Shown in pieces: positions 1 to 8,222 of a DNA stretch of 34,423 bases. This DNA comes from a virus (lineage: Duplodnaviria; Caudoviricetes): positions 1 through 34,423 of IMG/VR virus record IMGVR_UViG_3300005077_000064. One strand, 5' to 3'. The stretch's first letter is position 1; the number at the start of each line of letters is the position of its first letter. The notes below the pieces were generated by a model that did not search any database, was not told the origin of the DNA, and saw nothing but the letters and a program-made list of their open reading frames with translations. A program made the position numbers and the translations under genes.

Positions 1-2
1 AA

Positions 3-3000
3 GGGCAGCTGGATTCCTTTCAAAAAATGGGAGTAGAGAAGCTCGCGGTGATGGCGGAATGGTCCACCGCGGGAGATGATCTCGTCTGCCCTCTCTGCCA
101 TCCTCTCGAAGGAGTAGTCTACACGATCGATGAGGCGCGGGGCCTCCTTCCCCGTCATCCGAATTGCCGCTGCGCTTGGATTCCGGCGAATGTCGGGGAA
201 GATCCGAAGCAGGGCCGAGCGATCATTGATCCGAAGACCGGAGAGAAGGACTTCACCGGCCCAGAGATTCGCTCGACCGCAGAAGTTCAAAAGGCTATGA
301 GGGAATCCATCAAAGCCGAGAGGAGGAAAGGTACGATCGCGGAGAAGAGGGCGCAATCCTCATGGAAAGGGGCGGACCTGACGAAGATGAAGAAGAGGCC
401 GGCGGCCTTCGTCAGAGCATCGGGGAGAGGAAGGGTTCCTCTGAAGATTGGCGCCCCAGCTCCGGAGCTATGGAATCACCAACCCACCGCCGTCATTCGA
501 TGGATGGGGAAGGAGGGGTGGACTCCTGAAGAGGCAAAGAGGGCTCTCGACGGGATGGGAGTCAAGGTCGAGATGTCGACGATAAAGACTCAACTCGGCG
601 CGGGGAAGAGAGGGATGCGAGGGCCTCCTGCTCCTCTGACTGAAGGGCAGATAGAGATCCTGAAGAAGGCCCGGACGGGATCTCTCACTCCCAAGCCGCC
701 GGTCACTCCTCCTCCTCCTCCGAAGCCTCTCGTCCCTCCGAAAACGATAGGAATTAAGACCGACCCCTCGATGAAGAATAATCCTCTTATGGCTCCCGAT
801 GATCCTACGAACATCGGTCCCTTTTTGAAGAGCCATCTTGACAGAGGCTCTCTCTCAACCGCTGACGAGAGACTCATTGCCGATGCGACGATGAACGCAG
901 ATTCTTATGTCAATCGGGGTCATATTTGGTCGAATGAGGCTCGGGCTGGTAGAGTCTCTGATCGCATGAAAGCTTTTGATAAGATCATCGACGAGACTGA
1001 AGTCAAAGAAGATCTGATCGTCTTTCGTGGAGTGACTGGGAGAACTTTTCGAGAGGGGATGACTATCACTGATGAGGGATATACTTCGACGAGCCTTTAT
1101 CCTCAAGTCGCAGAGACTTATACTTCGCAGACTCCTTGGGATCTTCCCAATCGGGATCTCTCAAACCCGGCGGTGATGAGAGTTAAGGTTCCCAAGGGAG
1201 CTAAGGGAATCTATGTCGAGGATATTGCGAAGAAAGTCAACGGGGAAGCGATGGACGTTCACGAGTTTGTCCTTCCTCGTGGGGCCTCTCTCAAAGTGAC
1301 GAAGATCACCGATGATTATGCGATGTATGGGAAGAAAGTTTCTCTTATTGATGTGGAAGTAATTCTTCCGAAGAAGCCTCTGCCTGTTACTCCTAAGCCC
1401 GTCTCCGTCGCTCCCTCCTTCGCCGATCAGAAGGCCACTTCTCTCGCCCGCTGGATGGGATCAGAGGGATGGTCTTTTGAGGATGCGAGAAAGGCCGCAG
1501 ATGAGCTCGGTCTCGATATCAAAGACTCGACTCTGCGGACTCAACTCGGGGCTGGGAAGAGAGGGGCCAGAGGAGGCGCCCCGACTCTGACGAAGGAGCA
1601 GAGCGATTATCTCAGATCGATAAGAGGCAAGGGGACAATCACTCCGAAGACCGTCACTCCTCCCGTTCAGAAGGTGCCTCTCACGAAAGACCAGCTAATT
1701 GGGAAGGAGACTTTCATTGATCATAAGAAATTCTTCGGCCATGAGGCTGACTTGGATTCTCTGGATTTCCTCGACAAAGCCAATCAAAAAGTTTTGGAGC
1801 AAGGAGGAGGGGGAGTAGAGACTCTGCAGATCTCCGATCTAATCCCGACTCAATATGATACTGGGGCGGATAAAGTTAAGGCCATTGCCTCTGGTTTTGA
1901 CGATAAGAAGGCGGTGATTTCAGTCTTTGAAAAAGATGGGAAGTATTATATCTACGATGGACATCACACCGCAGCCGCCGCCAGATATTCCGGAAGATCT
2001 GAGGTTCAGGCGAGAGTAGTTCATCTCTCCTCTTCAAAAAAGGCAAAGAAGATTCTTCCCGATAGGACGAAGACTCTCCCCGGACAGCCCAAGACGATCA
2101 GCACTTTCGACGGGACTCCTGACGAATTCACGAATCGCATCTGGGCTCTTATCGGAGAGGATGGAGTCCAGACAGAGCAGGACGCGATGCGAGTCGGAGA
2201 GGCGATGCTCGCAGAGATTCAAGATCGAGTCGATAAGGCCGTCATGCCTAGAAGGGACTATAAGGAATTGGTCTGGGCGAAGGACGATGCGTCCGATGCC
2301 TACTTCAAAGCGAATCGGGCGGCGTCGATAGACAAGAGAGCGAATAACTGGACGGCTCCCTCTATCGCAGAGGAGAAGGAGAAGAAGAGGATCTTCGAGA
2401 GTCTCAACCGCCAAGTGAAAGAGGTCGAGGATCAGCTCCGCGAGGCATTTGCTAGGGAGAGCGAGGCGGCTTTGAAGAGGGTTCGGGCGATGGGTTTCGA
2501 GGCAGGAGATTCTTTCAAGTTCACGAAAGGATCTCACGGGGTGGTTGAAGAAGCCTGCGAGACCTCTAGCCGCCTCTTCCCGCGGGACTTCCTAAAGAAT
2601 ATGAAGAGGACTCTAAAGGGAGAGCATGATGCGACAGATAAAGCTCGTGGGTTCATCTCTCCTTCCCCCTTCAAGCAGGAAACGAAAATCGTTCTCAGAG
2701 GACCCAGAGCGGGAGAGCCTCAGTGGCTCAACCCTGCCTCTACGAATGTGATCTCAGAGACGAATGCGACCCATGAGCTCACTCATGTGATGGCAGAGGC
2801 AAATCCCAAGCTGACCGAACTAGAGAAGGAATGGTTGAAGAGGAGAGTCGACGAATGCAAATCCCCAACGGGGAAGAAACTTACCGAGATCTATAAAGGA
2901 GAGAAGGGATACCGAGACGATCTCACCGAACACTATATCGGGAAAGTCTATAACGAGTACAATCCCGATGTGGACAAATTCAGAGAAACTCTTTCCTGCG

Positions 3001-3104
3001 GAATGGAAGGGGTCTTCTTTGGGCAGCACTATATCCTTCCGAAGTCTGGTTCGGGAGATCTCGATTTAGTAAAATTCGTTCTAGGAGTCATGGCAGGAGC
3101 ATAA
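3..3104 (+). CDS. MuF/SPP1 gp7-like minor head protein with C-terminal ADP-ribosyltransferase, ParB/Srx-like and HExxH metallopeptidase-like domains (5'-truncated)
   Basis: Frame is open from base 3 (GQLDSFQKM), so the gene starts upstream of the window. MuF C-terminal signature WSTAGDDLVCPLC...PRHPNCRC. ART R-S-E motifs VFRG (R at 1026), GYTSTS (STS at 1086) and HEFVLPRG (E at 1263). ParB-like LIPTQ...YYIYDGHH (~1815-2027). HELTH at 2772 plus a downstream ETLSCGME helix. Confidence 0.88.
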   Translation, partial: GQLDSFQKMGVEKLAVMAEWSTAGDDLVCPLCHPLEGVVYTIDEARGLLPRHPNCRCAWIPANVGEDPKQGRAIIDPKTGEKDFTGPEIRSTAEVQKAMRESIKAERRKGTIAEKRAQSSWKGADLTKMKKRPAAFVRASGRGRVPLKIGAPAPELWNHQPTAVIRWMGKEGWTPEEAKRALDGMGVKVEMSTIKTQLGAGKRGMRGPPAPLTEGQIEILKKARTGSLTPKPPVTPPPPPKPLVPPKTIGIKTDPSMKNNPLMAPDDPTNIGPFLKSHLDRGSLSTADERLIADATMNADSYVNRGHIWSNEARAGRVSDRMKAFDKIIDETEVKEDLIVFRGVTGRTFREGMTITDEGYTSTSLYPQVAETYTSQTPWDLPNRDLSNPAVMRVKVPKGAKGIYVEDIAKKVNGEAMDVHEFVLPRGASLKVTKITDDYAMYGKKVSLIDVEVILPKKPLPVTPKPVSVAPSFADQKATSLARWMGSEGWSFEDARKAADELGLDIKDSTLRTQLGAGKRGARGGAPTLTKEQSDYLRSIRGKGTITPKTVTPPVQKVPLTKDQLIGKETFIDHKKFFGHEADLDSLDFLDKANQKVLEQGGGGVETLQISDLIPTQYDTGADKVKAIASGFDDKKAVISVFEKDGKYYIYDGHHTAAAARYSGRSEVQARVVHLSSSKKAKKILPDRTKTLPGQPKTISTFDGTPDEFTNRIWALIGEDGVQTEQDAMRVGEAMLAEIQDRVDKAVMPRRDYKELVWAKDDASDAYFKANRAASIDKRANNWTAPSIAEEKEKKRIFESLNRQVKEVEDQLREAFARESEAALKRVRAMGFEAGDSFKFTKGSHGVVEEACETSSRLFPRDFLKNMKRTLKGEHDATDKARGFISPSPFKQETKIVLRGPRAGEPQWLNPASTNVISETNATHELTHVMAEANPKLTELEKEWLKRRVDECKSPTGKKLTEIYKGEKGYRDDLTEHYIGKVYNEYNPDVDKFRETLSCGMEGVFFGQHYILPKSGSGDLDLVKFVLGVMAGA
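471..695 (+). repeat. Copy 1 of a ~75-aa internal protein repeat in the MuF protein
   Basis: WNHQPTAVIRWMGKEGWTPEEAKRALDGMGVKVEMSTIKTQLGAGKRGMRGPPAPLTEGQIEILKKAR aligns without gaps to copy 2. Confidence 0.9.
1419..1646 (+). repeat. Copy 2 of the ~75-aa internal protein repeat in the MuF protein
   Basis: FADQKATSLARWMGSEGWSFEDARKAADELGLDIKDSTLRTQLGAGKRGARGGAPTLTKEQSDYLRSIR shares RWMGxEGW and STxxTQLGAGKRGxRG with copy 1. Confidence 0.9.
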
Positions 3105-3106
3105 TT

Positions 3107-3394
3107 ATGTTTGCGATTCGAGGAAAGTTCAGAGGGAAGGACGAGCAATTCGTCCTCGCATGGAATGATGGGGTTCTCTCCGGAGATGAGAGGGCGGTCT
3201 TCCTGGCAGAAATGGAAGCGGAGTTCTCGAACGGGGAAGCGGGGTGCTCCGAATTCTTCAGAGTGGGGAAGCAGGAGATCCTCTCTACCGAGGGCTGCTG
3301 TCTCCATATGCTTCAGAGGATGTTTGACGAAGTCGAATTGATCGCGGGAGAGATGCCGGAGCAGAGCCCTCTGCCAGAGGGAGCGATTCCGTAA
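3107..3394 (+). CDS. Small acidic protein, candidate immunity/partner of the MuF effector
   Basis: 95 aa, Glu-rich, starts 2 nt after the MuF stop, AGGAG upstream. The position matches toxin-immunity pairs of MuF polymorphic toxins. Function is inference. Confidence 0.65.
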   Translation: MFAIRGKFRGKDEQFVLAWNDGVLSGDERAVFLAEMEAEFSNGEAGCSEFFRVGKQEILSTEGCCLHMLQRMFDEVELIAGEMPEQSPLPEGAIP

Positions 3395-3435
3395 TAGTGA
3401 GATTCTTCTTTCTCTTCGAGATAATTAAGGGGTGG
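3394..3435 (+). promoter_or_regulatory. Putative phage late promoter motif, copy 1
   Basis: ATAGTGAG-N19-ATAATTAAGGGGTGG in an intergenic gap, with a near-identical bipartite motif at 11130-11172. Confidence 0.4.
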
Positions 3436-3478
3436 TAGATTTCCATTCCCTAGAGACTCTCGAAAGAGGAGAAGAAAG

Positions 3479-4150
3479 ATGTTCCGATTTCTGATCGCTG
3501 CGGTAGTCGTTCTGATTGCCGCGCTGCCCGCGCCCGCTGAGAAGATGAAAGTCTATTCCCTCGATGCCGGCCTCTACGCCGTTCAAGGAGATGGAATCGT
3601 GGAGGTCGAGTTGGTGAAGCCGGACGATCCGACTCCGAAGCCTCAGCCTGACATCGAGAACGATCGAGCGAAGGCATTCACAGAGGCCGCTAAGAAGGCG
3701 ACGAGTGATCCAAACCCTACGCAGACGGCATGGAAGCTCGCGACTGCCTATCGGGGAATCGTGGGGAAGATCTCGACGGGAGAGATCGCCCCAGACCAAG
3801 AGATCATGGCGACCTGGGTCAAACTCTCAACCGATTTATTGATCAGCGACCGCAAGACGAAAGAGGCATGGCAGCCCCTTCGGGATCTCTTCGCAGAGGA
3901 GTGGGCCCTTCTAATCAACAAAGGAGCGAGGGCCGCGGATTATTCCGCTCTCTTGACCGATTGCGCAGTGGGTCTCGAATCCGTCGGACCTAAGCCTCAG
4001 TCCTTTGAGGTCGACGCCTCCTCTCTCTTTGAGAGCGCCTCTACTCTCATCGCCGAATTGGAAGCTGGCCCCCCGCAGGCGGTTCCTTGGGCAGAGGTCT
4101 TGAAAATCGTCATGGCGATTCTACAGATGCTCTCTGAGCTTCTGGGTTAG
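3479..4150 (+). CDS. Exported protein with Sec signal peptide, Pro linker, helical domain and hydrophobic/amphipathic C-terminal helix
   Basis: MFRFLIAAVVVLIAALPAPA|EK (AxA site), PDDPTPKPQP linker, C-terminus VPWAEVLKIVMAILQMLSELLG, GAGGAG RBS. Confidence 0.75.
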   Translation: MFRFLIAAVVVLIAALPAPAEKMKVYSLDAGLYAVQGDGIVEVELVKPDDPTPKPQPDIENDRAKAFTEAAKKATSDPNPTQTAWKLATAYRGIVGKISTGEIAPDQEIMATWVKLSTDLLISDRKTKEAWQPLRDLFAEEWALLINKGARAADYSALLTDCAVGLESVGPKPQSFEVDASSLFESASTLIAELEAGPPQAVPWAEVLKIVMAILQMLSELLG

Positions 4151-4197
4151 CCCTTTCCGTCTATCTGACTCACCCTTCAGAGAAGAGAGGCATTGCC

Positions 4198-5454
4198 GTG
4201 AGCTATCTCACCGAAATCATCCCAGCCGATAATCGAGTTGATCTTGCTCTTCTGAAAACCGCTGCGGGGGAAATCTCTACCTCTGCAATGGAGGCTATCT
4301 ATCGGGAGGACTCGAGTTTCATCGGCTGCTTTATCGACCGAGAGGATCAGCCCCTCTGGGCTCGCAGAGCCGCTCGGTATCTCAACGACGAATTCGATGA
4401 TGTCGCTGGCAAAAAGAGGCTCTTCGGTGATGTCCTCTCTTCTCTGGCGGAGACGGGAGAGGGGAAATGCCTCGCCAATTTCCGTCATCCCTTGGAGCTA
4501 TGGAAGGCTGGGGGCTCGAAGGGAGTCCGTCCATTCTCGCAGAGGCAATATCGAGGATCGTGCGTCGACGCCTCGGTTGGATCACATGAGTGCGTTCTCT
4601 TCGGATATCGGGCCGCGAGCGGGAGATTCGGAGAGGTCTATAAGTTCGCTTCTGGCTGGTTGAAGTACGCGGAGTGGGGCTATTGCTCCGACGGATGGAA
4701 TGGGGCGGGGGCGGCCTCCGCTGCCTATAAGGTCGGCTGCGCCTTCCGAACGAAATATGATCTCTCCGGCGGCTCTTGCGACTTCACTGATGGGGCGGTG
4801 AATGAGAATTATGTCGCTCGTTCGTGGTGCCGCTCCGGAGTCCCCTCTTGGCTGAAGGCAGAGACTCTGAAGCACTCCTATGAGGACGGCGCGATCACTC
4901 GATTTCAAGGAGGGGTGAAGGAGCTGCGCTCAGTCTTTGCGAACGGAGGGATCGTCCACACGAGCGGGACTCGGACGAGCGGAGGCTCTCGGCCATTCCA
5001 GATCGGCCGCGTCGGTCCGCATATGCAGAGTGGTCTGGGCTGCGATGATTCCGACGAGTTCCGAAAGTTCTGCTCCGATGTCTTGAAGATCTCTCCGCGG
5101 AAGGACGATTTCCCCGTCATTATGGATCAGACTTGGGGAAGCGGATGGAGTGGGGAGATTGCCTCTGCCTATTGGCCGTCATGGTGGGGAGAGAAGTTTG
5201 AAGGGGCTTGGGTATGGTGGGCCTCTGATCTGCTGAAATACCTCTCTGTTGATTTCGTCTGGCTCCCGATGGTGAAGGGCTTCGCCGGTGATGGCCCGAC
5301 TCCTCCCCCTCCTCTCGATAAGGCCCCGGAGATCGTAGGTAATCTCTATGTTCGGGATCGCTTCATCTCTGGGATTATCGAAGTCGGTGGCTATCGATAT
5401 ACGGCGACTCCGAATGGGGACGGAACCTTCCGTCTCGTGCATTTCTCTCTCTAG
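4198..5454 (+). CDS. Papain-like (clan CA, C1-like) cysteine peptidase, candidate lysin
   Basis: QYRGSC (Cys at 4561), GPHMQSGLG (His at 5020), DQTWGSGW (5128, equivalent of NSWGxxW) and a later GAWVW strand. A Pro linker and small beta C-terminal domain follow. GTG start with GAGAGG RBS. Confidence 0.72.
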   Translation: MSYLTEIIPADNRVDLALLKTAAGEISTSAMEAIYREDSSFIGCFIDREDQPLWARRAARYLNDEFDDVAGKKRLFGDVLSSLAETGEGKCLANFRHPLELWKAGGSKGVRPFSQRQYRGSCVDASVGSHECVLFGYRAASGRFGEVYKFASGWLKYAEWGYCSDGWNGAGAASAAYKVGCAFRTKYDLSGGSCDFTDGAVNENYVARSWCRSGVPSWLKAETLKHSYEDGAITRFQGGVKELRSVFANGGIVHTSGTRTSGGSRPFQIGRVGPHMQSGLGCDDSDEFRKFCSDVLKISPRKDDFPVIMDQTWGSGWSGEIASAYWPSWWGEKFEGAWVWWASDLLKYLSVDFVWLPMVKGFAGDGPTPPPPLDKAPEIVGNLYVRDRFISGIIEVGGYRYTATPNGDGTFRLVHFSL

Positions 5455-5484
5455 GATCGATCTCCTAAGAAGGGCGAAGGTACG

Positions 5485-6201
5485 ATGGGATTTCTCATGT
5501 CAATGCTGATTCTAGGAGCCTCCGCGGATGCGAGGCCCCGCGTCGTCGAGTCCAAGCATTCTATCGTCGCGATTCTGGGAGGGATTGTTCTAGGGGCGGC
5601 CGATGACCTCCTCTCGAAGGAGAGGGAGATAGGGGACTTCCTTGACGGGACTTGGGGTATCAGAAATGTTGAGTTGCGAATCGACGGAAAGAGAAGAGAA
5701 GGGTTCCGCTCTTGGGCAGAGGCCGGAGGAAAGATTTTCTCCTTCATCCTCGACCGAGGAAGAGGATCTATTGAATATGCCTATGAGCTTTTGCTTCCTC
5801 GCTATCTCGTCCGGAGGAGCACCCGAGTCGAAGACGATCGCCTTCTTCTGATCACGGAGGCTTCGTGGGTGGAGAGAGTTCCGATAGAGCTTCCTCGCAG
5901 GACGATCTATCGATTCGTTTCGATCTCTGTCAAGTTCATCATTTCGGGCGAAGAGGGAGGGCTCACTCTACTCAAGGGCTCTGCCTCTGGGACGGCCGAT
6001 CTCTCCGACTTTTCTTGTTGCATCGTCCGCGGCTTTGCATCTCGTAGGGCCTCCTCAGCTCTTCAAAAAGAGTTGACGGAGGCCCTTCTTTCCATCGAGA
6101 TCAAAGGGAGGACTTGGTTCTCTTCAAGGGAGCTAGAGGCTTCTCTTGCCGATATCGGTCTCGCTGTTTCTAAGGTTCTTCGGAGGAGGCTCTCTCGATG
6201 A
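5485..6201 (+). CDS. Hypothetical protein with short hydrophobic N-terminus
   Basis: 238-aa ORF in operon orientation with phage-typical codon usage. No motif recognised. Confidence 0.7.
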   Translation: MGFLMSMLILGASADARPRVVESKHSIVAILGGIVLGAADDLLSKEREIGDFLDGTWGIRNVELRIDGKRREGFRSWAEAGGKIFSFILDRGRGSIEYAYELLLPRYLVRRSTRVEDDRLLLITEASWVERVPIELPRRTIYRFVSISVKFIISGEEGGLTLLKGSASGTADLSDFSCCIVRGFASRRASSALQKELTEALLSIEIKGRTWFSSRELEASLADIGLAVSKVLRRRLSR

Positions 6202-6365
6202 TTCTTCCGAAGCAATCCCCTCCCATTATGAGAGGAGTTTATGTCCCTCCTCTCCCATGCCAAACCCTCATTCTAATCGGAGAGAGGAGAGTCCCTCTCC
6301 TCTCTGCCGTCTATCGATATACCCTTTATCCATCCAGGCAAGACAAGTCTGCATCAGTGCGGTAG
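6198..6365 (+). CDS. Small 55-aa protein (MILPKQSPPIMRGVYV...), not in the supplied ORF track
   Basis: ATGA overlap with the upstream stop, GGAGGAGG 8 nt before the ATG, TAG at 6363-6365. It fills the intergenic gap. Confidence 0.55.
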   Translation: MILPKQSPPIMRGVYVPPLPCQTLILIGERRVPLLSAVYRYTLYPSRQDKSASVR

Positions 6366-6380
6366 AGAAGAGATCGTCGT

Positions 6381-6875
6381 ATGGACTTTACTCTTGATGA
6401 AGTCGGGAAATTCATTTCGCAGGTTGGCATTCCTTTCGTGATCGCTGGAGGTTTGGGCTACTGCCTATGGAAGATTGGCCATGCGGCAGGGAATCTTCTC
6501 CTTGACCAATGGAAGAAGAAGGAGAAGAGACTCGATGCCTTAGAGAAGAGAGTCGAGGAAGTGAATAATGGCCAGAGGACCGCGGTCGAGAGAAGGCTGG
6601 ATCTCGCCAACGAATATCTGAAGGACAGCTCAGATACTCAGAAGGCCCAGACAGAGGCTCTATCGAGAGTGAGCGATTCTCTCACTCAGATGGGAGAGGC
6701 ATTTCGCTTCTTTGCAGAGAATCGCCCTTGCATTCACGACTCTGATATCCCCCGCATTGAATTGGACGAAGACCTAGAAGGAATCGGCGGCAATGATCTG
6801 AACTCGAAGGCCAAAGAAAGAGTTCTTCGGCGAAGGCGAAGGACGGATGAGAAAGAGGGAGAGGAGGAATCGTGA
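6381..6875 (+). CDS. Single-TM coiled-coil membrane protein, holin-like (YvrJ/BhlA-like topology)
   Basis: ISQVGIPFVIAGGLGYCLWKIG transmembrane segment, then a long heptad coiled coil and a highly charged C-terminus. Confidence 0.6.
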   Translation: MDFTLDEVGKFISQVGIPFVIAGGLGYCLWKIGHAAGNLLLDQWKKKEKRLDALEKRVEEVNNGQRTAVERRLDLANEYLKDSSDTQKAQTEALSRVSDSLTQMGEAFRFFAENRPCIHDSDIPRIELDEDLEGIGGNDLNSKAKERVLRRRRRTDEKEGEEES

Positions 6876-6949
6876 GAGAACCCGAGCTCAGATCTATGAT
6901 GAGAAGATGGGTGAGAGGGAAGACTTTCTCTACTTCAGAAGATAGTTGA
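6872..6949 (+). CDS. 25-aa mini-ORF bridging two genes (possible gene remnant or coupling peptide)
   Basis: GTGA overlap with the upstream stop, GAGGAGG RBS, and its TGA (6947-6949) directly abuts ATG 6950. Confidence 0.35.
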   Translation: MREPELRSMMRRWVRGKTFSTSEDS

Positions 6950-8221
6950 ATGGCGAACTTTCGGTATTGGCTAGGCCCTTGGCAACGAGATCCGCAGCTG
7001 CGATGCTGGGTAGCTCCACCCGGGACCGTCGGCTCTTTGGATTTCGGTAGTTTGGCAGAATGCGCTCTTTCGCCCGATGATCATTCTATGCGGGGCATCG
7101 GGATGTTTTGTACGCCAGTCGATCAATCCCTGCCGTCCGAATATGATCTACTCGCCCAAGGAGACGGGCGAGAGATCGCCGCGACCGATTCCCATCGTGA
7201 TATGGTGCAGGGGGCGCTGGGAGTGAGGCCGATAGGCGGCCCGATGCTAGTGGACGCTCTATATGATCTATTCATGTTGGGCGACCCGACCGGGCAGGAG
7301 AGATGGCGGCCTCTCATGCCGGAGCGACTTCCCGACGGTTCTCTCGCTTTTACAATTCATCTCGGCGGGCACTCCCGCGTCCTATGCGATCCGTTCACTG
7401 AGGGGCACCGCTGGTGGAACAAACTCCGGGACGTGCTCCGCAGCGATCTACAGGCATTCGACCGGGACACGCGGGCCGCAGCCCAATCCCTCCGCGATGC
7501 GGCCAAGGAATTGCGGAGACACGGCAAGGACGCCGGGCGATTGGACGACCAAGCAGCGTATCTTGAAAGTCATGCCCCGCGAGTGCTGGACGGCTTTTGC
7601 CGCAAGTACGGTTGCAATCCGCTAAAGATCAGCACTGAGATCCACCGCGGCCGGGCACGCACGACGATCAGCGATGATTTTAACCGTGCGGATGGGGCGG
7701 TCGGCAGCGACTGGGGAAATGCCACAGCGTCTACGAATTTCAGCATTTACTCAAACGCTCTGCGGAACATGGGTTCCAAAGGGACGTTGAAACATCAGAC
7801 GCCCCTCAGTTCTTCGGACTGCTATGCAACGGAAACCGTCTACGCAAGCGCCAGCGGGGACGGGCCTATCATCCGGGCAGTAAACTCGACGACCAGGAGC
7901 AATTACGAAGCTTGGAACTACGGCAGCGAGTACCTTATCAAGTCTACTTCGGGCTCTCAGACGAATCTAGCCAGCGGCTCCGTCCGTACACCAGTAGCCG
8001 GCGATTTGCGAAAGCTTAGCGGGTCTGGATCAACGCTCACGGCCTGGATGAATGGGGTATCTCAGTGTTCCGCTACCGACTCGACACACACGAATTTGTA
8101 TTGCGGATTCGTCCTTGACTACAGCCTGCGAGCAGACGCGTTCGAGGCCAGCGACGGTTTAGCAGATGGCCCATCTCTCGCGGTCATCGTGCATCATCTA
8201 CGGCAACAGGGGATCTGTTAA
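6950..8221 (+). CDS. Putative virion appendage protein with C-terminal beta-sandwich (lectin/ConA-like) domain
   Basis: From 7661 a Ser/Thr/Gly-rich beta region starting TTISDDFNRADG and ending DAFEASD, then a short tail SLAVIVHHLRQQGIC. The N-terminal half is unrecognised. Confidence 0.6.
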   Translation: MANFRYWLGPWQRDPQLRCWVAPPGTVGSLDFGSLAECALSPDDHSMRGIGMFCTPVDQSLPSEYDLLAQGDGREIAATDSHRDMVQGALGVRPIGGPMLVDALYDLFMLGDPTGQERWRPLMPERLPDGSLAFTIHLGGHSRVLCDPFTEGHRWWNKLRDVLRSDLQAFDRDTRAAAQSLRDAAKELRRHGKDAGRLDDQAAYLESHAPRVLDGFCRKYGCNPLKISTEIHRGRARTTISDDFNRADGAVGSDWGNATASTNFSIYSNALRNMGSKGTLKHQTPLSSSDCYATETVYASASGDGPIIRAVNSTTRSNYEAWNYGSEYLIKSTSGSQTNLASGSVRTPVAGDLRKLSGSGSTLTAWMNGVSQCSATDSTHTNLYCGFVLDYSLRADAFEASDGLADGPSLAVIVHHLRQQGIC

Positions 8222-8222
8222 T

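Noticed and set aside
3479-4150. Unimolecular spanin
   Set aside because: It has a signal peptide and hydrophobic C-terminus but no lipobox cysteine.
8166-8222. Longer upstream starts given by the ORF track (8166, 13254, 15682, 29491, 31045, 33830)
   Set aside because: They overlap neighbouring genes or lack an RBS. Downstream starts with coupling overlaps or Shine-Dalgarno sequences fit better.
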